From an uncultured Roseburia sp. (GTDB taxonomy: Bacteria > Bacillota > Clostridia > Lachnospirales > Lachnospiraceae), in the NCBI GenBank assembly GCA_947564465.1, contig CANOCV010000010.1, positions 6,027 to 70,026 of the forward strand: DNA of 64,000 nt, given 5' to 3'. This document shows positions 10,516 through 19,532 of the stretch, piece after piece (position 1 is the first letter of the stretch; each line of letters opens with the position of its first letter). The notes below the pieces were generated by a model, which ran no database searches, was not told where the DNA came from, and saw nothing but the letters and a program-made list of their open reading frames with translations. The position numbers and the translations under genes were made by a program.

Positions 10516-11761
10516 CTATATTCTCACCAGCCTCCGCATCATTTTCTATATATTCCCCGGAAGCTTCCGATTCACCCTCTAAGTATTCCTCCTCCCCGTA
10601 CTCTGCTTCCTCGTATTCTGCTTCCTCGTATTCTGCTTCCTCGTATTCTTCGTCGAAATATTCGCCGTCCTCGTCATACTCATCGTAATCCTCGTAATCA
10701 TTTTCATAATCCATAAACTCACCGGATTCTCTCGCCTGTGTCTCGCTCTTAATATCAATCTTAAATCCTGTCAGGCGGGCCGCAAGACGTGCATTCTGCC
10801 CTTCCTTGCCGATTGCCAGCGACAGCTGATAATCCGGCACGACAACTTTTGCCGTCTTTTCTTCCCCGTCTGCAATAACCGAAATTACTTTTGCAGGACT
10901 TAATGCATTTTCAATCAACATTGCAGGGTTTTCATTCCAATTGATGATATCAATCTTCTCTCCTCGGAGCTCATTGACAATCGCGTTTACCCTTGCACCG
11001 TTCATGCCGACGCACGCCCCCACCGGATCTACATCCGGATCATTCGACCAGACGGCAATCTTCGTTCTGCTCCCTGCCTCTCTTGCAATGCTCTTAATTT
11101 CTACAATTCCCTCTTTCACCTCGGCCACCTCTGACTCAAACAGTCGCTTTACAAGCTCCGGATGTGTACGGGAAACTAATATCTTTGGACCTTTCGGCGT
11201 AGATTTCACCTCCAGTATATACAGCTTAATTCGCTCCGTCGGTTGGAACACCTCGCCCTTAACCTGCTCGTTTTCTGTCAGCATTGCATCTACCTTGCCG
11301 AGATTTATCGATACATTTCTGCCGACATAGCGTTGCACGATACCTGTGACAATATCCTTTTCCATACTGTAATACTGGCTGAAAAGAACCTTGCGCTCCT
11401 CCTCGCGAATTTTCTGAAGGATCACATTCTTTGCATTCTGGGTTGCAATACGTCCGAATTCTTTTGACTTCACTTCAATATTTACAATATCCCCCAGTTT
11501 GTATGTGGAATCTATCATCTGCGCATTTGCAAGTGATATCTCCATGCAGTCGTCCTCTACCTGCTCTACAACCGTCTTCTCCGCAAACACATGGAACTCA
11601 CACGTTGTCGGATCAATATTCACTTTTATATTGTCGGATTTGCCGAAGTGGTTTTTACATGCCGTAATCAATGAATTTTCAATCGCCTCAAGCAATGTAT
11701 CCTTGCTGATGTTCTTTTCCTGCTCCAAAATTGTCAACGCCTCTAACAATTCGTTATTCAT
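10502..11761 (-). CDS. nusA: transcription termination/antitermination factor NusA with acidic repeat tail
   Basis: NELLEALTILEQEKNISKDTLLEAIE N-terminus, S1 and KH domains (GACVGMNGARV, AIGKEGQNARLA). C-terminal D/E/Y-rich tail. Confidence 0.96.
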   Translation of the reverse strand: MNNELLEALTILEQEKNISKDTLLEAIENSLITACKNHFGKSDNIKVNIDPTTCEFHVFAEKTVVEQVEDDCMEISLANAQMIDSTYKLGDIVNIEVKSKEFGRIATQNAKNVILQKIREEERKVLFSQYYSMEKDIVTGIVQRYVGRNVSINLGKVDAMLTENEQVKGEVFQPTERIKLYILEVKSTPKGPKILVSRTHPELVKRLFESEVAEVKEGIVEIKSIAREAGSRTKIAVWSNDPDVDPVGACVGMNGARVNAIVNELRGEKIDIINWNENPAMLIENALSPAKVISVIADGEEKTAKVVVPDYQLSLAIGKEGQNARLAARLTGFKIDIKSETQARESGEFMDYENDYEDYDEYDEDGEYFDEEYEEAEYEEAEYEEAEYGEEEYLEGESEASGEYIENDAEAGENIDGDE

Positions 11762-11778
11762 TTCTTTTTCCTCCTGAT

Positions 11779-12246
11779 TTAAAAGTCAAATGCAAGACGG
11801 ATCAATGCGATATCTTTTTTTTCAAATACAATATCTTCTCCGTCCTCGTCTTCTATCGTCACGGTTGTATCGTCATATGCTTTTAAGATTCCATAAAACT
11901 CTTTTTCCCGGTTAATAGCGCGGTACGTGCGAATCTCTAATTTTTTCCCCATAGAACGAACATAATCTTTTTCCTTCTTCAAGGGCCTTCCCAATCCCGG
12001 CGAACTGACTTCAAATATATACGAGCCGTCAATATAATCTTCTATGTCCAGAATCTCATTCATCTCTCTGGCCACCAGCTCACAGTCATTGACGGTTATT
12101 CCCCCCTCTTTGTCAATGTAAGCGCGCAGATACCACTCTGTTCCTTCCTTTACATATTCTACATCCACAAGCTCAAACCGGTTTTTTTCCAATATTGGCA
12201 TAAGCAATTCCTCAGTCCGCTGCTCATAGGACTCTCTTCTTGACAT
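11779..12246 (-). CDS. rimP: ribosome maturation factor RimP
   Basis: 155 aa ORF, ...FELVDVEYVKEGTEWYLRAYIDKEGGI...EVSSPGLGRPLK. First gene of the nusA-infB operon. Confidence 0.93.
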   Translation of the reverse strand: MSRRESYEQRTEELLMPILEKNRFELVDVEYVKEGTEWYLRAYIDKEGGITVNDCELVAREMNEILDIEDYIDGSYIFEVSSPGLGRPLKKEKDYVRSMGKKLEIRTYRAINREKEFYGILKAYDDTTVTIEDEDGEDIVFEKKDIALIRLAFDF

Positions 12247-12537
12247 ACAACCACCTTTCTTTTTCTCTCCCGCCTTTACGTATGCGGTAAATTTTCTTCT
12301 CCTGAACGTGAATTGAGAGCGGACATATGCCCACTCTCAGTCTAATTAATTATGTTATCTTAATTAGATTACCACTTTATATCATTGATTGCAAGCGGTT
12401 TTTTCCTTTTTTTCATATTTTTAGCAATTACCCGCAACAGTTCAGACAAGCCGCCCTGTTACGAATAATTACAAAAATTTTCATTTTTTTCAAAAAAGGG
12501 CTTGCTTTTTTTTATACTTTATGGTAATCTTATAAAC

Positions 12538-12609
12538 GGTTCGTTGGTCAAGCGGTCAAGACGCCGCCCTCTCACGGCGGAAACACGGGTTCGATTCCCG
12601 TACGGACTG
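12538..12609 (+). tRNA. tRNA-Glu (anticodon CUC)
   Basis: GGTTCGTTGGTCAAGCGGTCAAGACGCCGCCCTCTCACGGCGGAAACACGGGTTCGATTCCCGTACGGACTG folds as a cloverleaf. Anticodon stem CCGCC/GGCGG with loop CT-CTC-AC, T arm GGGTTCGATTCCC. No encoded CCA. Confidence 0.9.
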
Positions 12610-12637
12610 TTCAGTATTTTAATAATATACTGACTAT

Positions 12638-12709
12638 GGTTCATTGGTCAAGCGGTTAAGACGCCGCCCTCTCACGGCGGAAACAGGGGTTCGATTCCCC
12701 TATGAACTG
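12638..12709 (+). tRNA. tRNA-Glu (anticodon CUC), second copy
   Basis: Near-identical cloverleaf exactly 100 bp downstream of the first. Differences are paired changes in the acceptor and T stems. Confidence 0.9.
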
Positions 12710-12740
12710 TTCGTTATAATTTTATAACAGCCCAACCCGA

Positions 12741-12770
12741 AAGCACCGTAATATTACGGTGCTTTTTATT
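12741..12770. terminator. intrinsic terminator after the tRNA pair (possibly bidirectional)
   Basis: AGCACCGTAATATTACGGTGCT hairpin followed by TTTTTATT. An A-rich stretch on the other side faces the convergent gene ending at 12805. Confidence 0.8.
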
Positions 12771-12804
12771 AATCTCCTATTCATTTTATATCAAGTCCTA
12801 AATT

Positions 12805-14673
12805 TTATTGCTGATATTCAAATGCGCCAACATCAATAATATTTACAACCCTATCGTGATTGGCAATATCATAGAGCTTCCCCATATACGGAATTACATC
12901 AGAATTTCCAATATCAATGCCGTAAGAGCCTGTATTCAGACTATAATCTTCTCGAAACTTTGGTTTCCCAAAAGTATCTGTTCCTCCGGTCTGTGCAATA
13001 AACGCACTCATTCCCCGTTTACTTTCCCCTGCAAATTCAAAATTAATTTTATTCTCTCCCAAAGGACTGTAAAATATATTGTTTGCAAAGGTTACATTCC
13101 TCACATAACTGCCCGGCAAATCCCCGGCAATCATCGGATACTGAGCGCTCTCTTTATACACAATATTATTCCTCACATCTATGCCATCACACTTTACAAA
13201 ACAAAGCTCTCCATTGTATCCACCGTCGCCCGAACCGTTATTAACAATGGTATTATTGTATATTTTGGTATTCTTTACATATCCTGTTTTTTGTGCATCG
13301 TATCCCCCTACCCGTATCCCACCGGAAGAATTATTATAAACAAGGTTATTTCTAACAATTATATTTGTAACGGGATAATCTTCCTGCAATTCTTCTGCAC
13401 CCACTTCTATGCCATACATATTATCATGTACTTTGTTGTTTTCAAGAACGATGTCTCTTGCGCCATCTACATATAAACCTGCGCACTCTGCATAGCTGCA
13501 AATAGAACCGTAAATTTCATTTCCGGCTGCCACACTGTATCTCGGCTGATCTAATGCTTTCACAGAACAGTATCCGTCATTTCCGTAAAAATCAATGCCG
13601 ATATTTGTATTATTGTACACAGTGTTATTTATGATATTTATATATTCCGCGTTCCCCGCGACGGATACCGCCTCACACCATCCTGTTATATTTCCATATA
13701 CTTTGTTTCCTTCTATGCAAATATTGCTAATGGCCTGTTCCTCTGTATTACCTGAGCCGTAGCATAAAATAGCATTCGCTTCACCGCCTTCATTCTCTCC
13801 GGGCTCTGTGGTGCAAATGTTATGTATCTTGTTATTTCTTATAATAATATGATTTTCATTGGCGTCTAAAAGTATGCCGTATGCCTGTTTCGCAGTAAAT
13901 CCTCCAATTTCAAGCCCCTCTATTTTGATATAATTATTTCCGTCAAGGCTCAGAATTGCTCCGCTCTCCCCTTTACGCATAGTGAGATACGGATTTTCTC
14001 CCGGATAATTTCTAAGCGTAACATAACCGCCTTCTTTTCCGGATGAACGAAATGTATTGCAGGCCGTATAAGTTCCTTCTCTTACATAGATCGTTTGTCC
14101 CGCCTCCACTGTATTCAACGCCTTCTGAATTGTCCGAAATGGTGACCTGTCGCTTCCGGAATTGCTGTCACTTCCGTTGACGGAAACATAGATTGCATCC
14201 GGCACGATAGTATCATTGCCGTTTTTTAATATTTCCTGCTTAAAACCGTCGTCACCATAAAGCGATATCTTTTCTTTTTGCATTGCAGTTTCTGTGACTT
14301 CCGGTACGGGCTGTCGATTCTCTGTCTCTGTTTTTATAGCTTTTACCCGCTTTTTCACCGCCAAACGAATGATCTTACTCTGTGTTTTGTTTTTTCGCAC
14401 AGTAACCTTTATTTTACAGGTTCCCTTTTTCTTTGCCGTAATTTTCCCGTTGCGGCCGACCTTTGCGACCTTTTTATTGCTGGATGTAAATTTCAACTTT
14501 TTTGCAGAAATATTACTTTTTATGCGGAATGTATCCCCTGCATACATGGTCATCTTTCTGTTTTTTACGTTTTTCAAGCGAAATTTTGCCGCACCCTGAC
14601 TCTGCACCGGAAGCATCACAATTACCATCACTATTATCAGTGACAGCAGCATTAATTTTTTTCCTTTTCTCAA
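12805..14673 (-). CDS. secreted Big_2 (Ig-like) plus right-handed parallel beta-helix protein
   Basis: Signal peptide. Big_2-like segment (FTSSNKKVAKVGRNGKITAKKKGTCKIKV). Then SPFRTIQKALNTVEAGQTIYVREGTY and many N-rich beta-helix repeats (NN.VYNN...GI). Confidence 0.75.
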   Translation of the reverse strand: MRKGKKLMLLSLIIVMVIVMLPVQSQGAAKFRLKNVKNRKMTMYAGDTFRIKSNISAKKLKFTSSNKKVAKVGRNGKITAKKKGTCKIKVTVRKNKTQSKIIRLAVKKRVKAIKTETENRQPVPEVTETAMQKEKISLYGDDGFKQEILKNGNDTIVPDAIYVSVNGSDSNSGSDRSPFRTIQKALNTVEAGQTIYVREGTYTACNTFRSSGKEGGYVTLRNYPGENPYLTMRKGESGAILSLDGNNYIKIEGLEIGGFTAKQAYGILLDANENHIIIRNNKIHNICTTEPGENEGGEANAILCYGSGNTEEQAISNICIEGNKVYGNITGWCEAVSVAGNAEYINIINNTVYNNTNIGIDFYGNDGYCSVKALDQPRYSVAAGNEIYGSICSYAECAGLYVDGARDIVLENNKVHDNMYGIEVGAEELQEDYPVTNIIVRNNLVYNNSSGGIRVGGYDAQKTGYVKNTKIYNNTIVNNGSGDGGYNGELCFVKCDGIDVRNNIVYKESAQYPMIAGDLPGSYVRNVTFANNIFYSPLGENKINFEFAGESKRGMSAFIAQTGGTDTFGKPKFREDYSLNTGSYGIDIGNSDVIPYMGKLYDIANHDRVVNIIDVGAFEYQQ

Positions 14674-14769
14674 AATTATTCTCTCCTAAATCTATTTTTT
14701 CATAGATTTATTTTAACACAAGGTTTAACGAAACACCACCGCAACCTTTTTCTTTAAAGTATGGTTTGT

Positions 14770-16062
14770 TTAAAGATTTCCATTCGCCGGATTGTCCAGG
14801 CAAATACCGTTTTCATCAAATCGGGAGCCATGGCAGGGACAATCCCAGGAATGCTCCTCGCGATTCCATTTTAAGGCACAGCCAAGATGCGGACAGCGCT
14901 TTTTCGATATGGTAAGCAGATTCACGACCGCCTCCCACCCATTACACAAAAGCTGCGGCTTTATCATACTCCGTGACGGGAGAAATACTTTGGCGTAGGG
15001 ATTTTCCTTTTCCGTCACCAGATCCGTCAAAATCATCGCCGCCGCCATTGACGATGTCATTCCCCATTTATTGAACCCTGATGCCACGAAGCATCCCGGC
15101 ATATGCTTGGAATACACACCGATGTATGGAATTTTATCTAAACTCATACAATCCTGCGTCGCCCAACAATACCTCTCGTCAGAGGATGGGTAATACTTTT
15201 GGGCCGCATCACGAAGCTCGCCAAAGCCTCCCCCTGATTTTCCGGTTCTGTGTCCGCCTCCGCCAAGCAAAAGATATTTTCCATAATTGCGAAAGGACAT
15301 CCCTGTTTTCGCCTCATCCACATACATACCGTCAACTTGCGCGGCATTTTCAAGCGCAATCGCATAAGAACGATGCTGGTACATTTTCAGAAAATACATG
15401 CCATGCTTATTATCAATGGGAAAATGTGTCGTAAAGATAAGTTTTTGGAAGTGAATACTGCCGTTCTCCGTCACTGCGGTATTTTCAGACAGCTCTTTTA
15501 CAAATGTATTCTCGTAGATTTTTAAGCCCCGCGCAATGTTGGAAACAAATTTCAACGGATGGAACTGCGCCTGATTTTCGATTCCAATCGCCCCGGCAAT
15601 GGGAAACGGAAGATCTGCCGTCTCACGGAATTTGGCGTCAAGGCCGATTTGGCGCAGTGCGTCCGCCTCCTTTTCCAGCTTTCTTCTGTTATCTAAAGAA
15701 TAGACATAGGCTGTTTTTGTCTCAAAATCACAGTCTATGCCTTCACAAAGTCCGGCATACTCCTTTAGCGCATTCTGATTCGCCTCCAGATACATCCTTG
15801 CCGTTTCTCTCCCCATACTCTTTACAAGCTTATGGTAAATCAAACCATGCTGGAAAGTGATTTTTGCCGTAGTGTTCTTTGTCGTGTGGGCACAGATTTC
15901 TCTGCCCTCCGCAAGTATATAATCCACTCCTTGTTTCTGCAGAAAATAAGCGCATAAAATCCCGGCCATCCCTCCGCCGATAATTAATACATTCGTTTTC
16001 AAATTGCCCGCCAGCGTTTCAAACCGCGGCATTGTAATATCCTCTGTCCAGATAGAATTCAT
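14770..16062 (-). CDS. FAD-dependent oxidoreductase fused to a C-terminal Rieske [2Fe-2S] domain
   Basis: N-terminal VLIIGGGMAGILCAYFL dinucleotide fold. C-terminal CPHLGC...(17 aa)...CPCHGSRF Rieske motif. Confidence 0.8.
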   Translation of the reverse strand: MNSIWTEDITMPRFETLAGNLKTNVLIIGGGMAGILCAYFLQKQGVDYILAEGREICAHTTKNTTAKITFQHGLIYHKLVKSMGRETARMYLEANQNALKEYAGLCEGIDCDFETKTAYVYSLDNRRKLEKEADALRQIGLDAKFRETADLPFPIAGAIGIENQAQFHPLKFVSNIARGLKIYENTFVKELSENTAVTENGSIHFQKLIFTTHFPIDNKHGMYFLKMYQHRSYAIALENAAQVDGMYVDEAKTGMSFRNYGKYLLLGGGGHRTGKSGGGFGELRDAAQKYYPSSDERYCWATQDCMSLDKIPYIGVYSKHMPGCFVASGFNKWGMTSSMAAAMILTDLVTEKENPYAKVFLPSRSMIKPQLLCNGWEAVVNLLTISKKRCPHLGCALKWNREEHSWDCPCHGSRFDENGICLDNPANGNL

Positions 16063-16133
16063 AAGCTGCCCCCTTGGACCCTATAAAATATGATATTCTA
16101 TATTCTGTACGGTCCAAGGAATTTTATTCTCTT

Positions 16134-17117
16134 TTAATTTCCCGTCGAGGAACGCTTTCGCACCGGTCTTACATATTTCCAAAACCGTTTGGGATCGTGA
16201 TAAAAGTAAAATACTCTGCCGGGCGTAGTATCAAGACAATAACCGGCAGCGGTATAGTCAAATGTCTTCATAGCCTCTTCTATCTTTTCCTCTACACTGC
16301 GATTTTCCTTCTCAATGTCGAATGGCCCGTGCTCAAAAACTATATATTCGGCTTCGGGAACATCCGCCAAAAGCATTTGCGGCGGTACGGCACCGTTATA
16401 ATCAAGCGGGAGGCGCACACCGTAACATTCTGCAAGAGGAATTCCCCAGTTACAGATTCTGCCCGCCGGCTCATTTATAAACGCCATAACCTGCCCGCTC
16501 CCACTATTCAATTCGCCGCTTCCCATATCGTCCAGCTTTCCCTTAATACTATCAAGCAAACCACAGATTGTTTCACAATCCTGTCCCGGAATCAGACTTT
16601 GTCTTTGCCAAAAATCCCAATATCCGATACTCTCATAATTCTTAACATGTAAAAACTTATGTGCCGGAATCGTTACAAAATAAATTTTAATATCCTTTGC
16701 AGACTTCTCCATACCGCATCCTCCAATGCCTAATAAGTAACAGTCGAAAGGTTTTATGACCGTACGGAGCACGACAGGTCCCGGATTTTGACGATACTCG
16801 CCGGGAGGAATACCATAAGCTTCCTTGAACGCACGCGTGAAAGCCTCGTGTGAAGAAAACCCATACCTCAAGGCGATATCTAATATTGGGTTTTCAGTAT
16901 CTCTAAGTTCTTTTAATGCAAAGGCTAATCTTCGATACCGCAGATAATCCCTATATTGCATACCTGAAATTTCCTTGAATTTTCTCGAAAAATAAAATTC
17001 GGAATATCCCAATTCCCCCGAAAGACAACGCAGCGATAATGTTTCATCATCATTCTTTTTAATACATCTGTCTATCTTATCAATCATTAGCTGTATTTTT
17101 CTCTGCCATTCACACAT
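16134..17117 (-). CDS. AraC-family transcriptional regulator with GyrI-like effector domain
   Basis: N-terminal dual HTH (LSGELGYSEFYFSRKFKE...IALRYGFSSHEAFTRAFKEAYGIPPGEYR). About 200 aa C-terminal GyrI/SOUL-like domain. Confidence 0.85.
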   Translation of the reverse strand: MCEWQRKIQLMIDKIDRCIKKNDDETLSLRCLSGELGYSEFYFSRKFKEISGMQYRDYLRYRRLAFALKELRDTENPILDIALRYGFSSHEAFTRAFKEAYGIPPGEYRQNPGPVVLRTVIKPFDCYLLGIGGCGMEKSAKDIKIYFVTIPAHKFLHVKNYESIGYWDFWQRQSLIPGQDCETICGLLDSIKGKLDDMGSGELNSGSGQVMAFINEPAGRICNWGIPLAECYGVRLPLDYNGAVPPQMLLADVPEAEYIVFEHGPFDIEKENRSVEEKIEEAMKTFDYTAAGYCLDTTPGRVFYFYHDPKRFWKYVRPVRKRSSTGN

Positions 17118-17213
17118 TGATCCGTCAACCTCATTTCAACTGTTCTGTATTTATTATACAACATCCCAAACAACGCTTCTTGATTTTACTTGCGCAAAAA
17201 ACTCCTTTCGATG

Positions 17214-17255
17214 ACAAACCGGCAGAAAGAATTAATATCCCTCCTGCCGGTTTGT
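17214..17255 (-). terminator. hairpin downstream of the LtaS-like gene
   Basis: 12-bp stem ACAAACCGGCAG/CTGCCGGTTTGT directly after the stop at 17261. The U tract on the minus strand is displaced, so function is uncertain. Confidence 0.45.
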
Positions 17256-17260
17256 CTGTT

Positions 17261-18836
17261 CTATTTATTCTTATACAGAATATTCTGATTGTAATAGTTT
17301 GAATTTTTCTTCAACTCCTGATTCAACTCCTCAATGTCCATCAGCTCTACCAGCGTAGGCTCCTTGGAATACAGATTTGTGCCAAGCGCCAGACGATCGC
17401 CCTCTATCTTGCAGCCAAGACTGGCAAGCGTTGTCGGATACATATCAAACGTAGTAAAACACCTGTCATAATCCAATTCGTAAGAATTGCGCGGGTTAAT
17501 AACCGCCGTATATACTTTTCGCACTCCCTCCGCAGGTATTTCCCCCAACGTCTCCATAATGTAATCACTGTCCATTGTCGGGTGATCCCCGCATATCACA
17601 ATTGTCGTGTCCTCAGCAAACGGCTGTTTTTCCACCCACTTGACAAATTCCGCCACTTGTCTGCTTGCGCATGCATAAGTATCCGCATAAACGTCCTCAC
17701 CAAATTCATCACGGCATAAGTCACAGTAATATCCGCCAATAAAATGTGTATCTACCGTCAGCATTGTCAAGTTAAACGGATCGCCCGTCTCATATAATTC
17801 CATAAGCTCTCTCTTTGCAAACTCATAAAGCTTTTTGTCCTCATATCCCCACCATACATAATATTGTTCCGGAATCCACTTTCTCCTAAGCGCATACCCA
17901 TAATCCCTGATCGCATAATTTCCATGCGTTGTCAAATAATATTTGCGTCCGCCAAACTCTGCGTCAGAACCGACGAGAAATACCTGCCGGTATCCTTCCT
18001 GCGCCAAAATATCACCCACAGAGACCGCCCCCTGCAACACTTCGTATCCCTCTTCCATCGCATTGCCGCCGATTGGAATATTCAGCGGAATTCCCGCCGT
18101 CTGCGCTACAATTCCTCCCATCGTCCATGTGGTCCCATATGCCGATATCGCTCCGTTCACACCAGAATCCGCAGTAAAATTTATATTTTCAAGCTGTAAA
18201 GTACGCATCTGAGGAATCATCTCTGCATACTCCAGTCCCCCGTCCTCTACCGACATGAAGGTATTTTCCATGGATTCCATAAATATATAGATCAAATTTT
18301 GTTTCTTTTCCGGAAATGTAACCTTTACACTCTGAGGTTCCACGTAGTATTCTTCATACAGCGTACTGGAATGCAGCTGCGAAAAAGCATATGCCGGCGC
18401 TCCAAGATAAACCAATCCAACGGCTACGGCTATCACCAACATAAAAAGTGCATAAAGAACATATCTCCGATAGAGAAAATCAAGCGAAAATGTAAATCTC
18501 ATTTTATAAATCCGCCATTTAAGACATCGATCTGTATCACAATTTCTGGCAAGCAAAAAACCCAAAAACGCAAACACCAAAGAAGCCGTCGCAACCTGCG
18601 GAACGGCTTCAAAAAAAAGGATCCATATTTGTTCCCTCTAAAGGCGCCTTAAGATGAAATATAATTGTCGCAAAATCAACTTCTCCAAATACACCAAAGG
18701 CCCAATAAGAAAGTGCAAAGCATACGCCGGCAAGCCATAAAATCAAGGTTCCGATCCCCCAGGTTATACCGCTGTTTTTTGTGCACCCCATCCGCCTGTC
18801 ATCTCTCTTTTTCATCTGCTCGCTCTTCCTCTTCAT
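17261..18836 (-). pseudogene. LtaS-family (sulfatase-domain) phosphoglycerol transferase, reading frame broken at an A8/T8 tract
   Basis: ORF 18609-18854 (TM segment plus FHLKAPLEGT) stops inside the T8 run (plus-strand A8 at 18611-18618). Removing one T joins it in frame to ORF 17261-18580 (...DPFF|EAVPQVATASLVFAFLGFLL..., then the sulfatase domain). Confidence 0.6.
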
Positions 18837-19146
18837 TTGTATCCCGTCTCTCAACCCTTACATGAATATGCGGGTTTATTGCAAGCTTTAACACCGGCAA
18901 AACCGCAGCAAAAAAGATATTCAGAATCATATAATGAATCAAAAATGAATTGTCTGCAAAGTTAGTCAAAAACGACGTCGGCGTTTTCAGCACATACTGA
19001 TAAATCACCATGGAAATAAAATTCGAAAATAACGCATACACTCCGGCAAATTTTACAAACTCAGCTCCCGTATACTTCTTCCCCTCCATCATTTCAGACA
19101 AAGCAACTGACATAAATGACGGAAACACCATGGCAATCCACTGCAT
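18799..19146 (-). CDS. small polytopic membrane protein, unknown function
   Basis: About 115 aa with 3 hydrophobic segments. Start placed at MQWIAMVF, preceded by GGAGGG. May belong functionally with the downstream LtaS-like gene (56-nt overlap of ORFs). Confidence 0.5.
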   Translation of the reverse strand: MQWIAMVFPSFMSVALSEMMEGKKYTGAEFVKFAGVYALFSNFISMVIYQYVLKTPTSFLTNFADNSFLIHYMILNIFFAAVLPVLKLAINPHIHVRVERRDTNEEEERADEKER

Positions 19147-19191
19147 TTTATCCCTCCGTAAAATCATACAAAATTTTGTAACCTACGCGCA

Positions 19192-19380
19192 CATCAGGTC
19201 TCCTCCCAGCAAGCTGGGTCCCTCCTCATGCCATACTACACCATCTCCCCGATACAGGGCATCAGGTCTCCTCCCAGCAAGCTGGGCCCCTCCTCATGCC
19301 ATACTACACCATCTCCCCGATACAGGGCATCAGGTCTCCTCCCAGCAAGCTGGGTCCCTCCTCATGCCATATTATACCAT
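19192..19380. repeat. 68-bp tandem repeat, about 2.8 copies, each unit carrying a bipartite hairpin (family A)
   Basis: Units at 19192-19259, 19260-19327 and 19328-19380 (truncated). Units 1 and 2 differ at one base (19219 T vs 19287 C). Confidence 0.95.
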
Positions 19381-19482
19381 GACTTCTGACTTTTTCAAAG
19401 TTTTTCTTTAATTTTTATTAATAATTTCTTAATTTTATGTGACAATCCAGACAAGACGACCTACTATAATTTTATTTTACGC

Positions 19483-19521
19483 AAAAAAGTACCGCATTCA
19501 TGACAAAATCATAAATGCGGC
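19483..19521 (-). terminator. intrinsic terminator of the FN3 protein gene
   Basis: Minus strand reads GCCGCATTTATGA-TTTTG-TCATGAATGCGGT followed by ACTTTTTTGC. Confidence 0.8.
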
Positions 19522-19532
19522 ATTTTTACTTT

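Noticed and set aside
12247-12330. Hairpin GAGAGTGGGCATATGTCCGCTCTC in the rimP 5' leader, as a NusA autoregulatory attenuator.
   Set aside because: There is no U tract after the hairpin and no supporting evidence. I noted it but did not call it.
19192-19380. CRISPR array.
   Set aside because: The 68-bp units are contiguous with no unique spacers. There are no cas genes in the window.
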